Below the pieces are notes generated by a model that made no database searches, had not been told where the DNA came from, and saw nothing but the letters and a program-made list of their open reading frames with translations. Of a stretch of DNA of 64,000 nucleotides, positions 41,105 to 52,570 are shown piece after piece. Every line of letters begins with the position of its first letter. The first letter of the stretch is position 1. The position numbers and the translations under genes were made by a program. The DNA is from Carcharhinus longimanus (Eukaryota), in NCBI GenBank assembly GCA_030264375.1, contig JASCQW010000043.1, forward strand, positions 49,283,657 through 49,347,656. The letters run 5' to 3'.

Positions 41105-42716
41105 CACTGTGTGCTGTGAGGAGGATGCTAAGAGGCTGCAGGGTTACTTGGACAGGCTGACTGAATGGGCAAATACTTGGCAAACGCAATATAATGTGGA
41201 CAAACGTGAGGTTACCCACTTTGGTGAAAAAAAAGGAAGGAAGATTATCTGAATGGTGGCAGTTTAGGAAAAGAGAAAGTGACCTGGGTGTCATGGTGGA
41301 ACAGTCTCGGAAGGTTGGCATGCAGGTACAGCAGACGGTGAAGAAAGCTAATGGCATGCGGGCCTTCATAGCAAGAGTATTCATATATAGGAGTAGGGAT
41401 GTCTTGCTGCAGTTATTATACAGTGTCTTGGTCAGGCCACAGTTTTGGGCTCCTAGTCTGAGGAAGGACATTCTTGCTATTGAGGGAGTTCAGCATAGGT
41501 TCACAAGACTGATTCTCAGAACGGCAGGACTGACATATTAAGAAAGACTGGATTGACTGAGCTTGCACTCACTGGAATTTAGAAGAATGAGAGGGGATCT
41601 CATAGAAACAAATAAAATCCTGATGGGACTGGACAGGCTACATGTGGGAAGAATGTTTCCAGTGTTGGGGAAGTCCAGAACTCGGGGTCACAGTCTAAGA
41701 ATAAGGGGTAAGCCACTCAGGATTGAAATGAGGAATAACTTCTTCACTCAGAGAATTGCAAACCTATGGAATTCTCTACACAGAAAGCTGTTGGGGCCAG
41801 TTTGTTAGATATGTTCGAGAGGGAGTTAGACGTGGCCCATGTGGCTAAAGNNNNNNNNNNNNNNNNNNNNNNNNNNNNNNNNNNNNNNNNNNNNNNNNNN
41901 NNNNNNNNNNNNNNNNNNNNNNNNNNNNNNNNNNNNNNNNNNNNNNNNNNNNNNNNNNNNNNNNNNNNNNNNNNNNNNNNNNNNNNNNNNNNNNNNNNNN
42001 NNNNNNNNNNNNNNNNNNNNNNNNNNNNNNNNNNNNNNNNNNNNNNNNNNNNNNNNNNNNNNNNNNNNNNNNNNNNNNNNNNNNNNNNNNNNNNNNNNNN
42101 NNNNNNNNNNNNNNNNNNNNNNNNNNNNNNNNNNNNNNNNNNNNNNNNNNNNNNNNNNNNNNNNNNNNNNNNNNNNNNNNNNNNNNNNNNNNNNNNNNNN
42201 NNNNNNNNNNNNNNNNNNNNNNNNNNNNNNNNNNNNNNNNNNNNNNNNNNNNNNNNNNNNNNNNNNNNNNNNNNNNNNNNNNNNNNNNNNNNNNNNNNNN
42301 NNNNNNNNNNNNNNNNNNNNNNNNNNNNNNNNNNNNNNNNNNNNNNNNNNNNNNNNNNNNNNNNNNNNNNNNNNNNNNNNNNNNNNNNNNNNNNNNNNNN
42401 NNNNNNNNNNNNNNNNNNNNNNNNNNNNNNNNNNNNNNNNNNNNNNNNNNNNNNNNNNNNNNNNNNNNNNNNNNNNNNNNNNNNNNNNNNNNNNNNNNNN
42501 NNNNNNNNNNNNNNNNNNNNNNNNNNNNNNNNNNNNNNNNNNNNNNNNNNNNNNNNNNNNNNNNNNNNNNNNNNNNNNNNNNNNNNNNNNNNNNNNNNNN
42601 NNNNNNNNNNNNNNNNNNNNNNNNNNNNNNNNNNNNNNNNNNNATTGAATGGCGGGGCAGGCTCGAAGGGCTAGATGGCCTACTCCTGCTCCTATTTCTT
42701 ATGTTCTTATGTTCTT
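41105..42716 (+). mobile_element. CR1/HER1 LINE 3' part, spanning a gap
   Basis: LQGYLDRLTEWANTWQ, QTVKKANGM, IEGVQHRFTRLI, HSLEFRRMRGDLIET; tail 'gatggcctactcctgctcctatttcttatgttcttatg'. Confidence 0.92.
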
Positions 42717-44389
42717 ACGTGCAAGAGAAATAAAGAAGGGGCAGAAAGATCGCATTAAGAGACAGAAAAAAAAGAGAAAAAAATAATGGAAGTATTTTTA
42801 AAATTTCCAAATAATAAAACCTGGGGAAATGAGACTCCATATGTAATACTTTATAGTGCTAGAGAGGTTGATCAACAATAATGAACACTTATTACAGCAT
42901 TAAAAATGTACTTAGACTTGAAATGATAACTTTCTTTGGTGGGTTTACTTCATATGCCCTGTGCATTGTGAACATCATGGCATTTGGTGGATTGATTGGA
43001 GAGCCATGCAGTGAGCTGTCGTTTATGCAAAGTTAACAGCTGAGCAGTCCACCTCTGACAGCAACTTTGTGATTGCCACTTTTAATCACACATCTGCTCC
43101 CTGTTGCTGTAGTTTTGTTTTGCATATAAACAGTGAATGCTGTTACCCTAGTAAACTTTGGGCCTAATGTTTTTACCCATGCACAATGATCTGTAGTCCT
43201 TTGCCTCTCTGGAATTAATACTTGGAAAGTGGATGGTTTATGCTGAACAATTGTGGCCAGTTTTAACTTGCTTAGAGCATGAGGGAAGGGAGTCAGAGAA
43301 CTCACAGCTGCCCAATGCTCTTGCTGCACAGGGATTATGGGGGCTTGTGGAGACATACATGCCTTCCAGCAGTGACATATATGTAGCAACATAGGAGTCA
43401 ATCCGCCTCTTATGTCAGTGACAGCTTAACGCTAGCATGTAACCACATACAGGAGATTGAAGGCAAGCAGCCAAAGAACTAATCCCACTGGAGTTCCTGC
43501 AAGAAGTGCCCCTGGCATTGATACAGCTACATCAAAGTAACTGTGTGCCTGAAGAATCCCTTGCATGTTGTTTGAACAAATATCCTCAAGCAGGAAAATA
43601 CTTCGATTCAGGTCGGCTCAAGATCTAGCAATGAAGGAGAACACCTTAGAATTGACAAATCTAGTTAAATAACTGCACTGAGCTACTAGAACAAAGGCAA
43701 TTAAAGGTACATGGACTGACCAGCAATGTATGCACTTAAAACACCAAGGAGTAACACTTTTGTGGGGTTTCTCTCACTCTACAACCGTAATTTGGACAGA
43801 AACCCTGGAGAAGCAGCAACCGCAAGCTATTTATGCTTCTCCAAAGTTTCTGCTGATTCTCCTCCAAAATTCTATAGATCAACAAAAATCTGGTGAAATT
43901 CTACTCATACAAAACACCACCTGAATCTATGTCATATAGAGTCTGCTGCAGAACGACAATAACATTGCATTAATCTCAATACATACTGCAATCTCTATTT
44001 CTTCCTGCAGATTAGAATGCAAGGTACATTTTATTAAAAGTTGCTGTGCAGGTGCAAATAGCATCCATTCCAGGCAGGGGAGAACCACTAACACATTCAT
44101 GGGAGCCCATCGGTTCAAATTAGCATGGCTTCAACCTGCTGCAGGCGGGCAGGAAGCTTCCTCAAATCAGTGGTTTCCTGCCAGAGGGCAGCTGGCAGTT
44201 ACCAACCTTCCTCCCCCTAGCCATGATTAAAAGATTGGCAAGACAATCATTTTTCAACAGAACTAGAGAATCAACTAAAGCTATCTAGGATTGTGGGAGA
44301 TGGTGGCATCCTAGCTTTCCCCAGGAAGTTCCAACCAACTAATAGGCTAAATGGAGAATCTACGGAGTACAGAAAGGGAAAAAACACAC

Positions 44390-44590
44390 CTTTCATGGCT
44401 TTTCAGAGTGTCTCAAAGCGTTTTACAGCCAAAGGACTTTTGAAATGTGGTCACTGATAGGTCAGAAACCCAAATGCTGGCTTGCGTTCAGCAAACTTCC
44501 ACAAACCGAAACGTAATAAAACCCAGATAATCTGTTTGTGATATTGATGAGGGATAAGTATCAGCCAGTACATCAGCAATAACTCCCCTG
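44390..44590 (-). mobile_element. SacSINE/DeuSINE-like 3' fragment
   Basis: 'caaagcgttttacagccaa...ccagataatctgtttgtgatattgatgagggataagtatcagccag'. Confidence 0.65.
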
Positions 44591-44638
44591 TTTAGGGCAG
44601 CCGATGCACATTCTGTTAGGGTGTGAGCAAAACACCTT

Positions 44639-44722
44639 GGGAATGAGTGAATAAAAAGGGGGAATGAGTGAATAAAAAGGGGGAATGAGTGAATAAAAAG
44701 GGGGAATGAGTGAATAAAAAGG
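44639..44722. repeat. Perfect 21-bp minisatellite x4
   Basis: gggaatgagtgaataaaaagg four times. Confidence 0.97.
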
Positions 44723-45110
44723 AAGAGGACAGTTATTGAAAAAAGAACTAATTCCTGGCAGTTCCATCCAAGACCGGGGGATAGTTACAAGCAAGAACCT
44801 CGATGAGCCGAAGGGCTTTTTCCGCATTATGTGACTCTATGTATGTGCAACATTTGTCTTTACTCACAGAATGCTCACAGCACAAAAGGAAGTCATTTGG
44901 AACACTGAGTTCTTACTGGCTCTCTGCAAGATCAATTTAACTATTCCCATTCCCCACTCTTTCCCAAAGTCCTATATTTGTTTCCTATCCAGTGTTTACC
45001 TACTTCTCTAATACAATCATTGAATAGTTACACCAGTCAACCTTGTAACTTCAAGACTTCTATGAGACACATTCAGGCACACACATTTATTCAGCACCAC
45101 AAGCACTTCA

Positions 45111-45896
45111 GGGAGATTTTCCGCTGCTGTTTTTGGGAGGCAGGAATGGCGACAGGGGCAGAAAGTCAAGAGTGTGTGTCAAAGTGGCTTTCACGCCGGC
45201 AGAGTTTCCCTGCTTGTTTGTTTCCCCCAGTGCCAATGATATAATGGAGTTCCTGCCAAAAAAAGGTCAGAAACCCCATTAGCATATATTTAAATATAAT
45301 TAGCAAGCTTCCCTGCAGCATTATCCCCCATGTGAGGATTTCCCCCCTCCACTGACATGATGTCACAGCAACCGAGTTTACAACAGGGGACCTGCCAAAC
45401 AACCCCCACTTGGGGCACACAGATAAGTAAATGCCTGGGATTGGGGGGTGGGGAGAGGTGTTGGGTGAGAATCATGCTTGGGCGCTGCCAGGGGTAACTG
45501 TTGGGAGGTTCAGAGTGAAGTGGGTGTTCTTGGGAGAAGAGGGTCCACAGGTGGGGTCCTGAGTCCATGGGGGAGGGTCAGGGTCAGGTCTTCCCAAATC
45601 TGTTTGGTGCCTTAGGTCTTGCCAATTCCGTGGGGCAGAGGTGATTCCAAGTTTGTGGTGGTAGGTGTTCCAATGTGAAATTTGTGTCTCTTATTTTCTG
45701 TTGTTTTCAGATCAGGGTGCCCTCACTTTATCAGGGACCGAGGCTGCTGGTGGGTTTTAATGGGACCCAGCTCCAGGGCTCTTTTTGACAGTGTGTCAAA
45801 AAATATGGTGGCAAAAGCTAGCCACACTGTCAGTGTTCTACACACCACTCTTTCCGCATGACGACACAGTGTCAAAAAAAAGAGAAAAGTCAGCCT
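45111..45896. mobile_element. GC-rich TIR-type element
   Basis: Termini 'gggagattttcc' / 'gaaaagtcagcc'; core 'agcatatatttaaatataattagc'. Confidence 0.6.
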
Positions 45897-46596
45897 TTAG
45901 AAGTTCACCTGTTGTGGCATTTTTGTGCCATTTAGAAATTGTTCACATTTTTCAATTGCACATGTTTGGATATTGTAACTTGTGATCTTATTCTTAGCTT
46001 GGGTTACTAATTTCTATCAGCTGTTAACAGAACGGCTTGAACAGTCACCTTAACATAATGAGCTAAATGATGCAAACAGTTCTGGTAATACAAAAAGATG
46101 CCAATTCATCTGTGACTGAACACAGCACTCTGAAATTCCTGTAATTACATATTCATACATATGCATTTGAACCATCCAGCAGAGAGAGTTAATCACAGAG
46201 ATAATTCTGTCATTCATTGGGTAAGTTCATGCCCCAAGTATACAATTTACAAATTGAAATGTGGCTATTTAGAAGCAGCGACAATTATAGAATTTATTGT
46301 ATAGAAGGAGACCATTTCTTACTTCCATTCCACATGTTATAGTTTTCAATTTTCTTCTATATTACATCTTGGTACACTTATGAAATGCATTCATAAATCT
46401 TATTTTGACTCTAACCTGTTTACTTATCTATGGGGCAACTACCTTTAAGTCAAACTGTATTTAAACCATATTCATCTGTTACTTAAATATCTCTGTTGAT
46501 TGCTGTTTGATTTGATGTTTCTGCAACCAATTAGTTAAATTCTACTCCAACATCATTGCTAGGATTCCTCTTTTATACTATCGATTTTCTGAGATA

Positions 46597-46796
46597 GGGA
46601 TTTTCTGGCCTTTCCTACCAGCAGGATCCTCTAGTCTCACTGAAGTCAGTCACCCACTGGGTTTTCCGGTAGCAGGGCAGATGAGCCCTACAAAATGTCA
46701 CAGTCCTCAGCGGGACTGGAGGTTCCTGCCAGCAGCCAATGGTGAGCTGCCTCTCCCACTGGAAAACACACCACGGGGTGGGGGAAAATCCCAGCC
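46597..46796 (+). mobile_element. ~200-bp MITE, copy 2
   Basis: Termini 'gggattttc' / 'gaaaatccc'; internal inverted repeat. Confidence 0.8.
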
Positions 46797-46974
46797 TTAT
46801 TGTTCTCCTCCTTTCAGGTCACCTCTCTGGAGCATTGCATCATTACCCTACCAATCTTGACTACAAATATTTGTCTTATCAAGACCAGTCCACAATAAAG
46901 TCCCCATAATCTAATCCAGTTACTACTATAAACCTTCCTAAATCACCTGCAACTTTCATCCTTAATTTCATATA

Positions 46975-47260
46975 TGTTGTAACAACTCGAAGCAACTCAA
47001 TGTGGCAAATAACTAACTAAAGGATTTATTGATAAGGAGAGCTATATATATATATATATATATATAAAACAAGGGGTTTAACAGTACAACTATATAAGAC
47101 TGCACCAAACAATACCCTGACTCCAACTGAAGCCCTCCAACCCCAGGACTATTCACCCTGGCTCATGATTGGCCCAAGTTGAGGTGCTCACACTCCATTG
47201 GCTCTGGCTCAGTCACATGGCCTGTGAAGGATCATCCCTTAAAGGTACCATGCTATCACA
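46975..47260 (-). mobile_element. Probable short solo LTR containing (TA)n
   Basis: TGT...ACA ends; minus strand has two CCAAT boxes, a TATA-like site and then AATAAA; no TSD seen. Confidence 0.55.
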
Positions 47261-47774
47261 GCTGTTCACAGCATTCTCCCAATAATGACAATAGGTACCT
47301 TCTTACTGTCAACTTATGCAAATTATTATCCCCTCCCCCATTAATAATAGCTTTCCTTCCTAAGTCACAAATCTTTTTCTATATTAATAATGCTATCCCC
47401 TTTTCCTTTTTTATCCCTCCTGAAGATGTTATTAGTAAGAATATTTAGTTCCCCATCTTGCCCCAGTGAATGCTAGTTTCCACCAAGACCACATGCAGCA
47501 TTATGTTGTTCCATTCTTATTAATTCATCAATTTATTTCTAATATTTTTCATATTCACATGTAAACACTGAATCTTTTATCCATTCGTAAAGCCTTATTT
47601 TCTTCTACCTTTACGATTATTTTTCTAGTTACCTTTCTCCTTATTAGCCCCACCACATTTCCTCATTCTGCAATGTGCATCATCTAACCCTTCTTTCTTC
47701 CATACAATGTTCAATTTTTTCACAAGTTTAGTAACTTTGACCTCGCTCTGGATTATACGCTAAAGATATCCCAG

Positions 47775-48097
47775 GATAAATGTCAGCATTTATTGCCATC
47801 CCTAATTACCCATGAGTGGCTTGCCATTTCAGAGGGCAGTTATGAGTCAAACGCATTGTTATGGGTCTGGAGTCAACACGTAGCCCAACTCGGTAAGGAC
47901 AGTAAATTTTCTTCCCAAAAGGACATTAGTGAACCAGATGGATTTTTACAACCATCGATGATAGTTTCATGATGACCATTTACTGAGACTAGCTTTCCAA
48001 ATTTATTAATTGAATTTGAACTCCAGCAGCTGCCATGCAGCGTTTGTCTCTATCCCCAGAGATTTGCCTAGGTCTCTGGAGTAGCAATCCAGTGACA
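47775..48097 (-). mobile_element. SINE, homolog of 26794-27168
   Basis: 'cagcatttattgccatccctaatt...ggtctggagtcaacac...ggacattagtgaaccagatgg'. Confidence 0.75.
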
Positions 48098-48254
48098 ATA
48101 GAATCCAGAGCATCCCTACAGTGCAGAAGGAGGCCATTTGGCCCATCGAGTGTGCACCAATTCTCCGACAGAGTATTTTATGTAGGCTCTATCCCCATAA
48201 TGCCACATACTTACCCGGCTAATCCCCCTATCCTACACACCTTTGGACACTAAG
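48098..48254 (-). mobile_element. HE1-like SINE tail, truncated by gap
   Basis: 'ccctacagtgcagaaggaggccatttggcccatcgag...ggacactaag'. Confidence 0.8.
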
Positions 48255-48877
48255 NNNNNNNNNNNNNNNNNNNNNNNNNNNNNNNNNNNNNNNNNNNNNN
48301 NNNNNNNNNNNNNNNNNNNNNNNNNNNNNNNNNNNNNNNNNNNNNNNNNNNNNNNNNNNNNNNNNNNNNNNNNNNNNNNNNNNNNNNNNNNNNNNNNNNN
48401 NNNNNNNNNNNNNNNNNNNNNNNNNNNNNNNNNNNNNNNNNNNNNNNNNNNNNNNNNNNNNNNNNNNNNNNNNNNNNNNNNNNNNNNNNNNNNNNNNNNN
48501 NNNNNNNNNNNNNNNNNNNNNNNNNNNNNNNNNNNNNNNNNNNNNNNNNNNNNNNNNNNNNNNNNNNNNNNNNNNNNNNNNNNNNNNNNNNNNNNNNNNN
48601 NNNNNNNNNNNNNNNNNNNNNNNNNNNNNNNNNNNNNNNNNNNNNNNNNNNNNNNNNNNNNNNNNNNNNNNNNNNNNNNNNNNNNNNNNNNNNNNNNNNN
48701 NNNNNNNNNNNNNNNNNNNNNNNNNNNNNNNNNNNNNNNNNNNNNNNNNNNNNNNNNNNNNNNNNNNNNNNNNNNNNNNNNNNNNNNNNNNNNNNNNNNN
48801 NNNNNNNNNNNNNNNNNNNNNNNNNNNNNNNNNNNNNNNNNNNNNNNNNNNNNNNNNNNNNNNNNNNNATTTCAGCC

Positions 48878-49008
48878 CTGATGAAGGGTCATCCAAACTC
48901 AAAACATTGGCTTTAGTCTCTGTCCAGGGATGCAGTCAGACCTGCTGAGTTTCTCCAGCATTTTCTGTTTCTGCTTCAGATTCTGGCATCTGCAGTATTT
49001 TGCTTTTA
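48878..49008 (+). mobile_element. Penelope-like terminal fragment
   Basis: 'ctgatgaagggtcat...gacctgctgagtttctccagcattttctgttt...catctgcagtattttgc'. Confidence 0.7.
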
Positions 49009-49536
49009 TATTATTGTTAACAAGCTGATTGGCCTCAAAAGTAGGCTGTCCACACCAAAGTATGGCTGCCATGGACAACTGGGGAGGTCGTCTTTTAAAG
49101 CTAACATGAGAAGAAATTCAGGGTTGTGCTCAATGTGCATTGAGGAGGATCCTCAAGATGTCGCAACCCTGCCCCTTCCTTCCACACTACTTGCCCTACT
49201 AAACTCAGCCCTCATCACCCTCTCCTCGCTCTCCGATCCCTCCTTGTTCTAAAACCCCTGAGACTTATCTACCTATCCTGGGCAGCCATGATCCTCTTCA
49301 GGCATCTTCCTGCATTCCCAGCTGCAACCACTACTGAGCTCTGGACCTGTCAGGGCTGATGGAGCTACTGACCAATTAGATAGAGTGGCAGCCCCGAGGG
49401 TGGGACATCCCCTGTAAAGTCCAGCCTGAAGACGACATTGAACGCAAAAAGTTTCAGAAAGCATGGACAAGTATGAAGCATGTCTAAATTTCAAGCCAGG
49501 ACTATTTTAACTCCCAGGTCTCATTTAGACTCTTTA

Positions 49537-50131
49537 GGGGAAATCTTGCCAAAAAATGACAGAGTGTTGGTTTTGGCTTGCAAAACGGAGTGTTTTCCAT
49601 TGNNNNNNNNNNNNTGTTCTCGGGCCGAATCTTATGCCTCATTAGAGATAAATTTATGCCTGTGGCATTTTCCCTCTGATTTGCCCACCCCGCAATGACT
49701 CAAATGCTGCAAGCACTGGGGAGCTCCATACAAAAGGCTCCCCAGCATTTGTTCCACAAGCACTGCATGGGATGGCAACCAAGAAGACAGCAATGCACTT
49801 TTCGGTTAGGGTACCTCACTAGGATGCCGGATGGAGTGGAGTAGAGGCAGGACACATTCTACCCTCCTCACCAGGACACGGCCTTCCTGCAGGGTCAACA
49901 CCCCCTCCTGGGATGAAGTGGCAGCCATGGTCAATACAAGTGCATTCCAGAAGAGGGACAGGGCAGCAGTGTTGGAAGAAGATCAATGCTCTTCTTCACT
50001 CAGCAACTCCACCGACGATGGATCAGTAAGATCAGAACTAGGAAACTTGCTGATGCGAATCATTCCCTCCCAGCTTTGAGCACGTGCCACCATTCCCCGC
50101 AGGTGGAAAGTGCAGGCTTAAAATCAGCCCC
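49537..50131 (+). mobile_element. Harbinger-derived element (possibly composite)
   Basis: Left end 'ggggaaatcttgcc', right end 'aaaatcagcccc'; carries a Myb/SANT-like pseudogene. Confidence 0.6.
49772..50004 (+). pseudogene. Decayed Myb/SANT-like DNA-binding gene (Harbinger ORF / NAIF1-like)
   Basis: Across three frameshifts and one stop: MATKKTAMHFSV / LTRMPDGVE*RQDTFYP / RPSCRVNTPSWDEVAAMVNTSAFQKR / TGQQCWKKINALLHS; fits the pattern RF...L..L...V..R...L / W..VA..VN / R...QC.KK...L. Confidence 0.7.
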
Positions 50132-51865
50132 ATAGAAAAGTTACAGCAGAGAAAGCCGTTTCGCCCATTGTGTTTGTGCTGGCTCTCAAGTTTTGCTAGT
50201 TCCACAGCTGCCATCTTTTTGCCCTAGCCCTGCGATTTCTTTTCCTTTCAGGTACTTATCAAATTCCTTTCTGAAAGCTGTGATTGAATTTAAATGCCAC
50301 TGCCCACCCAGAATGGGCTTGAAGAGAGCACAGAGTGTTTGTTGTAGCAGAGAAAATTAACACAGCCCTTTGACTCTCCCAGAGGTTATTTTTGGAGCAT
50401 TCAAGGTGTAGTCCATGAAAGGATAAAAATCTCCATGGTATTATGAAAGGTTCAATGCTCTCTCATTATACTTTGAACCCACACACATTAATAGCCAATA
50501 AGGGGTGCCAATTGTTACTGAATACTGCACTGCTTCAAAGTTAATACTGGGCAAGCTCCTGGAAATGTTGGCAGGACCTGTTAATTAACATATTTAATTG
50601 GCTAGAATTTGACATCAGTCAGTTTTCTAGTTTACAATGTAATGTGATTAACTTGTCACTATACAACTGGCTTATACAGCATATGTTTGGCTTGCATCAA
50701 TGATTTCTACTTGGCGGTTTACTGCTTCTTTGGAACTTTGTCGGAGAAAAGAGCTGCCTCGTTTTCTCTGCAACTGATTTTCTACTTGTTGGATTCCTAT
50801 TTGTTGGGTGCTCATTTTCAATCACTTTAAAGAAATAAAATGGTAATTTTTTTACAAAATTTCAGAATGCTTGCTAAGGTGTTCGCTTCATGCCACTGGT
50901 CAATCTGTGCAGGCAAACTTGCTTGCAATTGACAAAGTACAAAGTACAAAGAAAAAAAACATTTAAACTTGAAAAAAAAAATTAATTGCTCATTGCCTAT
51001 TTTTTACAAAAGAGGATACACCCAGGGGTTAATGGTTGACATTAAATAAAGCATGTGTGTTCAGGCTACCATAAATAATTGANNNNNNNNNNCTGTTGCC
51101 ACATTTTCTTTAAACGCTAATCCCCGATTTTTATTTATACAACTCATCATTTGCTTCATTTCAACTGAGGGTTACAACCAATTGTTGAAACCTTTTAGCG
51201 TAACTAGACAGTTGGCCTGAATTTTGGTAGAGCAGGCAATCCTAAATTGCATATTGATGGTTCACAGAGGCAACTGCATATGTCAAATATGTAGCTGCCT
51301 CAAGCTGATTTGAGTTTTGTTCGTGAGATACCCCAAATACGACTTACGTACTTTAGACCTGGTAGGAGGAAGTCTAAAGCTGCCAGTGTTCTTTGGAGTG
51401 GTACAGTATCATTTTGGATATGGTCCCAGGAAACCTTTGGGGGCAGCCAAGTACTCTTTGGGAGAGGTAAACTGCCCTTTGTGATTGTTAAAAATTGACG
51501 TAAGTATGCGTAAAAAGTGTGTGAACGCATTGGAACTTTCAAGCTTATTGGAACTGCCAAAAGAGCTGGCACAAGGATCTGTTAAAGGTGCTGTCAAACT
51601 GGCATTCCCCTTAACTACTCGAAAAAAAATGGCAGTGTTAAAAAAGGTGTCTTCTATTTCAGTCTATTGACATAAGCCTGAGGGTTTTCATTACAGCATT
51701 AGCACTGTGTGACTGATTTCCCAACCTTTCGTTATGTGTGGTGCTCACCAATTCATAATTTTATTGACAGCTCCAAGTGCTTATAAACTCTTTGAAGTGA
51801 GACTCTGAATTGCAATTTTTTTAAATTAGGGATTAAAGGAAGTTAGATGATGTGAATGGATGTTT

Positions 51866-52121
51866 AGAACATAAGAACATAAGAAATAGGAGCAGGAGTA
51901 GGCCAACTAGCCCTTCGAGCCTGCCCCGCCATTCAGTAANNNNNNNNNNNNNNNNNNNNNNNNNNNNNNNNNNNNNNNNNNNNNNNNNNNNNNNNNNNNN
52001 NNNNNNNNNNNNNNNNNNNNNNNNNNNNNNNNNNNNNNNAATATCTTTGCGCAGGTGCGGCGCCCAAAACTGCACACAGTACTCCAGCTGCGGCCTCACC
52101 AATGCCCTATACAGCTTTAGC
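51866..52121 (-). mobile_element. CR1/HER1 LINE 3' part, gap inside
   Basis: [27 protein letters not shown] and an (aacataag)n tail. Confidence 0.9.
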
Positions 52122-52259
52122 AATGAAAGCTTTTTAAAAATAGTGAATTTGTCAGTAGACTCTTAAGAGCTTGACTGAATCTCAACATGAGTCTTGAGGT
52201 CTGCCAAGGGTGGGTATTCGTCATGGTAGATGTAAGGGCAGTGGGTGTTCATTGGAGGC

Positions 52260-52570
52260 CTGGGTTAGCATGAATTGGAATTAAGTTGACGTGGAGCTAT
52301 AAAGCGCTATGGGAGGAGAGGCTAAGGGGCATAGGTTGTCATGGAGGATATGAGAAGCCATGAGGAGTAGAGAGGGCATAGGTGGCATGGAGGCTATGAG
52401 GGGACATAGGGGATGAATAAAGAACATGGATTAGAATGGAGGATGTGAGAGGCCAAGGGAGTGAATGCAGGAATATAGGTTGATATGGAAGGTATGAGAG
52501 GTCATGAGCGATGAAAGGATTTTACTGCATTAAAGGCAATAAGTTGGCATGGATGGGGTTTAGGGAGTGT
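52260..52570. repeat. Degenerate purine-rich tandem array
   Basis: Repeated 'ggcataggttggcatggagg(a/g)tatgagaggccatgag'-like units, probably inside a TE ending near 52772. Confidence 0.65.

Noticed and set aside
35909-44722. 21-bp repeat arrays as CRISPR-like
   Set aside because: Head-to-tail with no spacers, in eukaryotic DNA.
33028-48902. Long ORFs (180-300 aa) at 33.0-33.7, 41.8-42.7 and 48.2-48.9 kb
   Set aside because: They consist almost entirely of X residues from N gaps.
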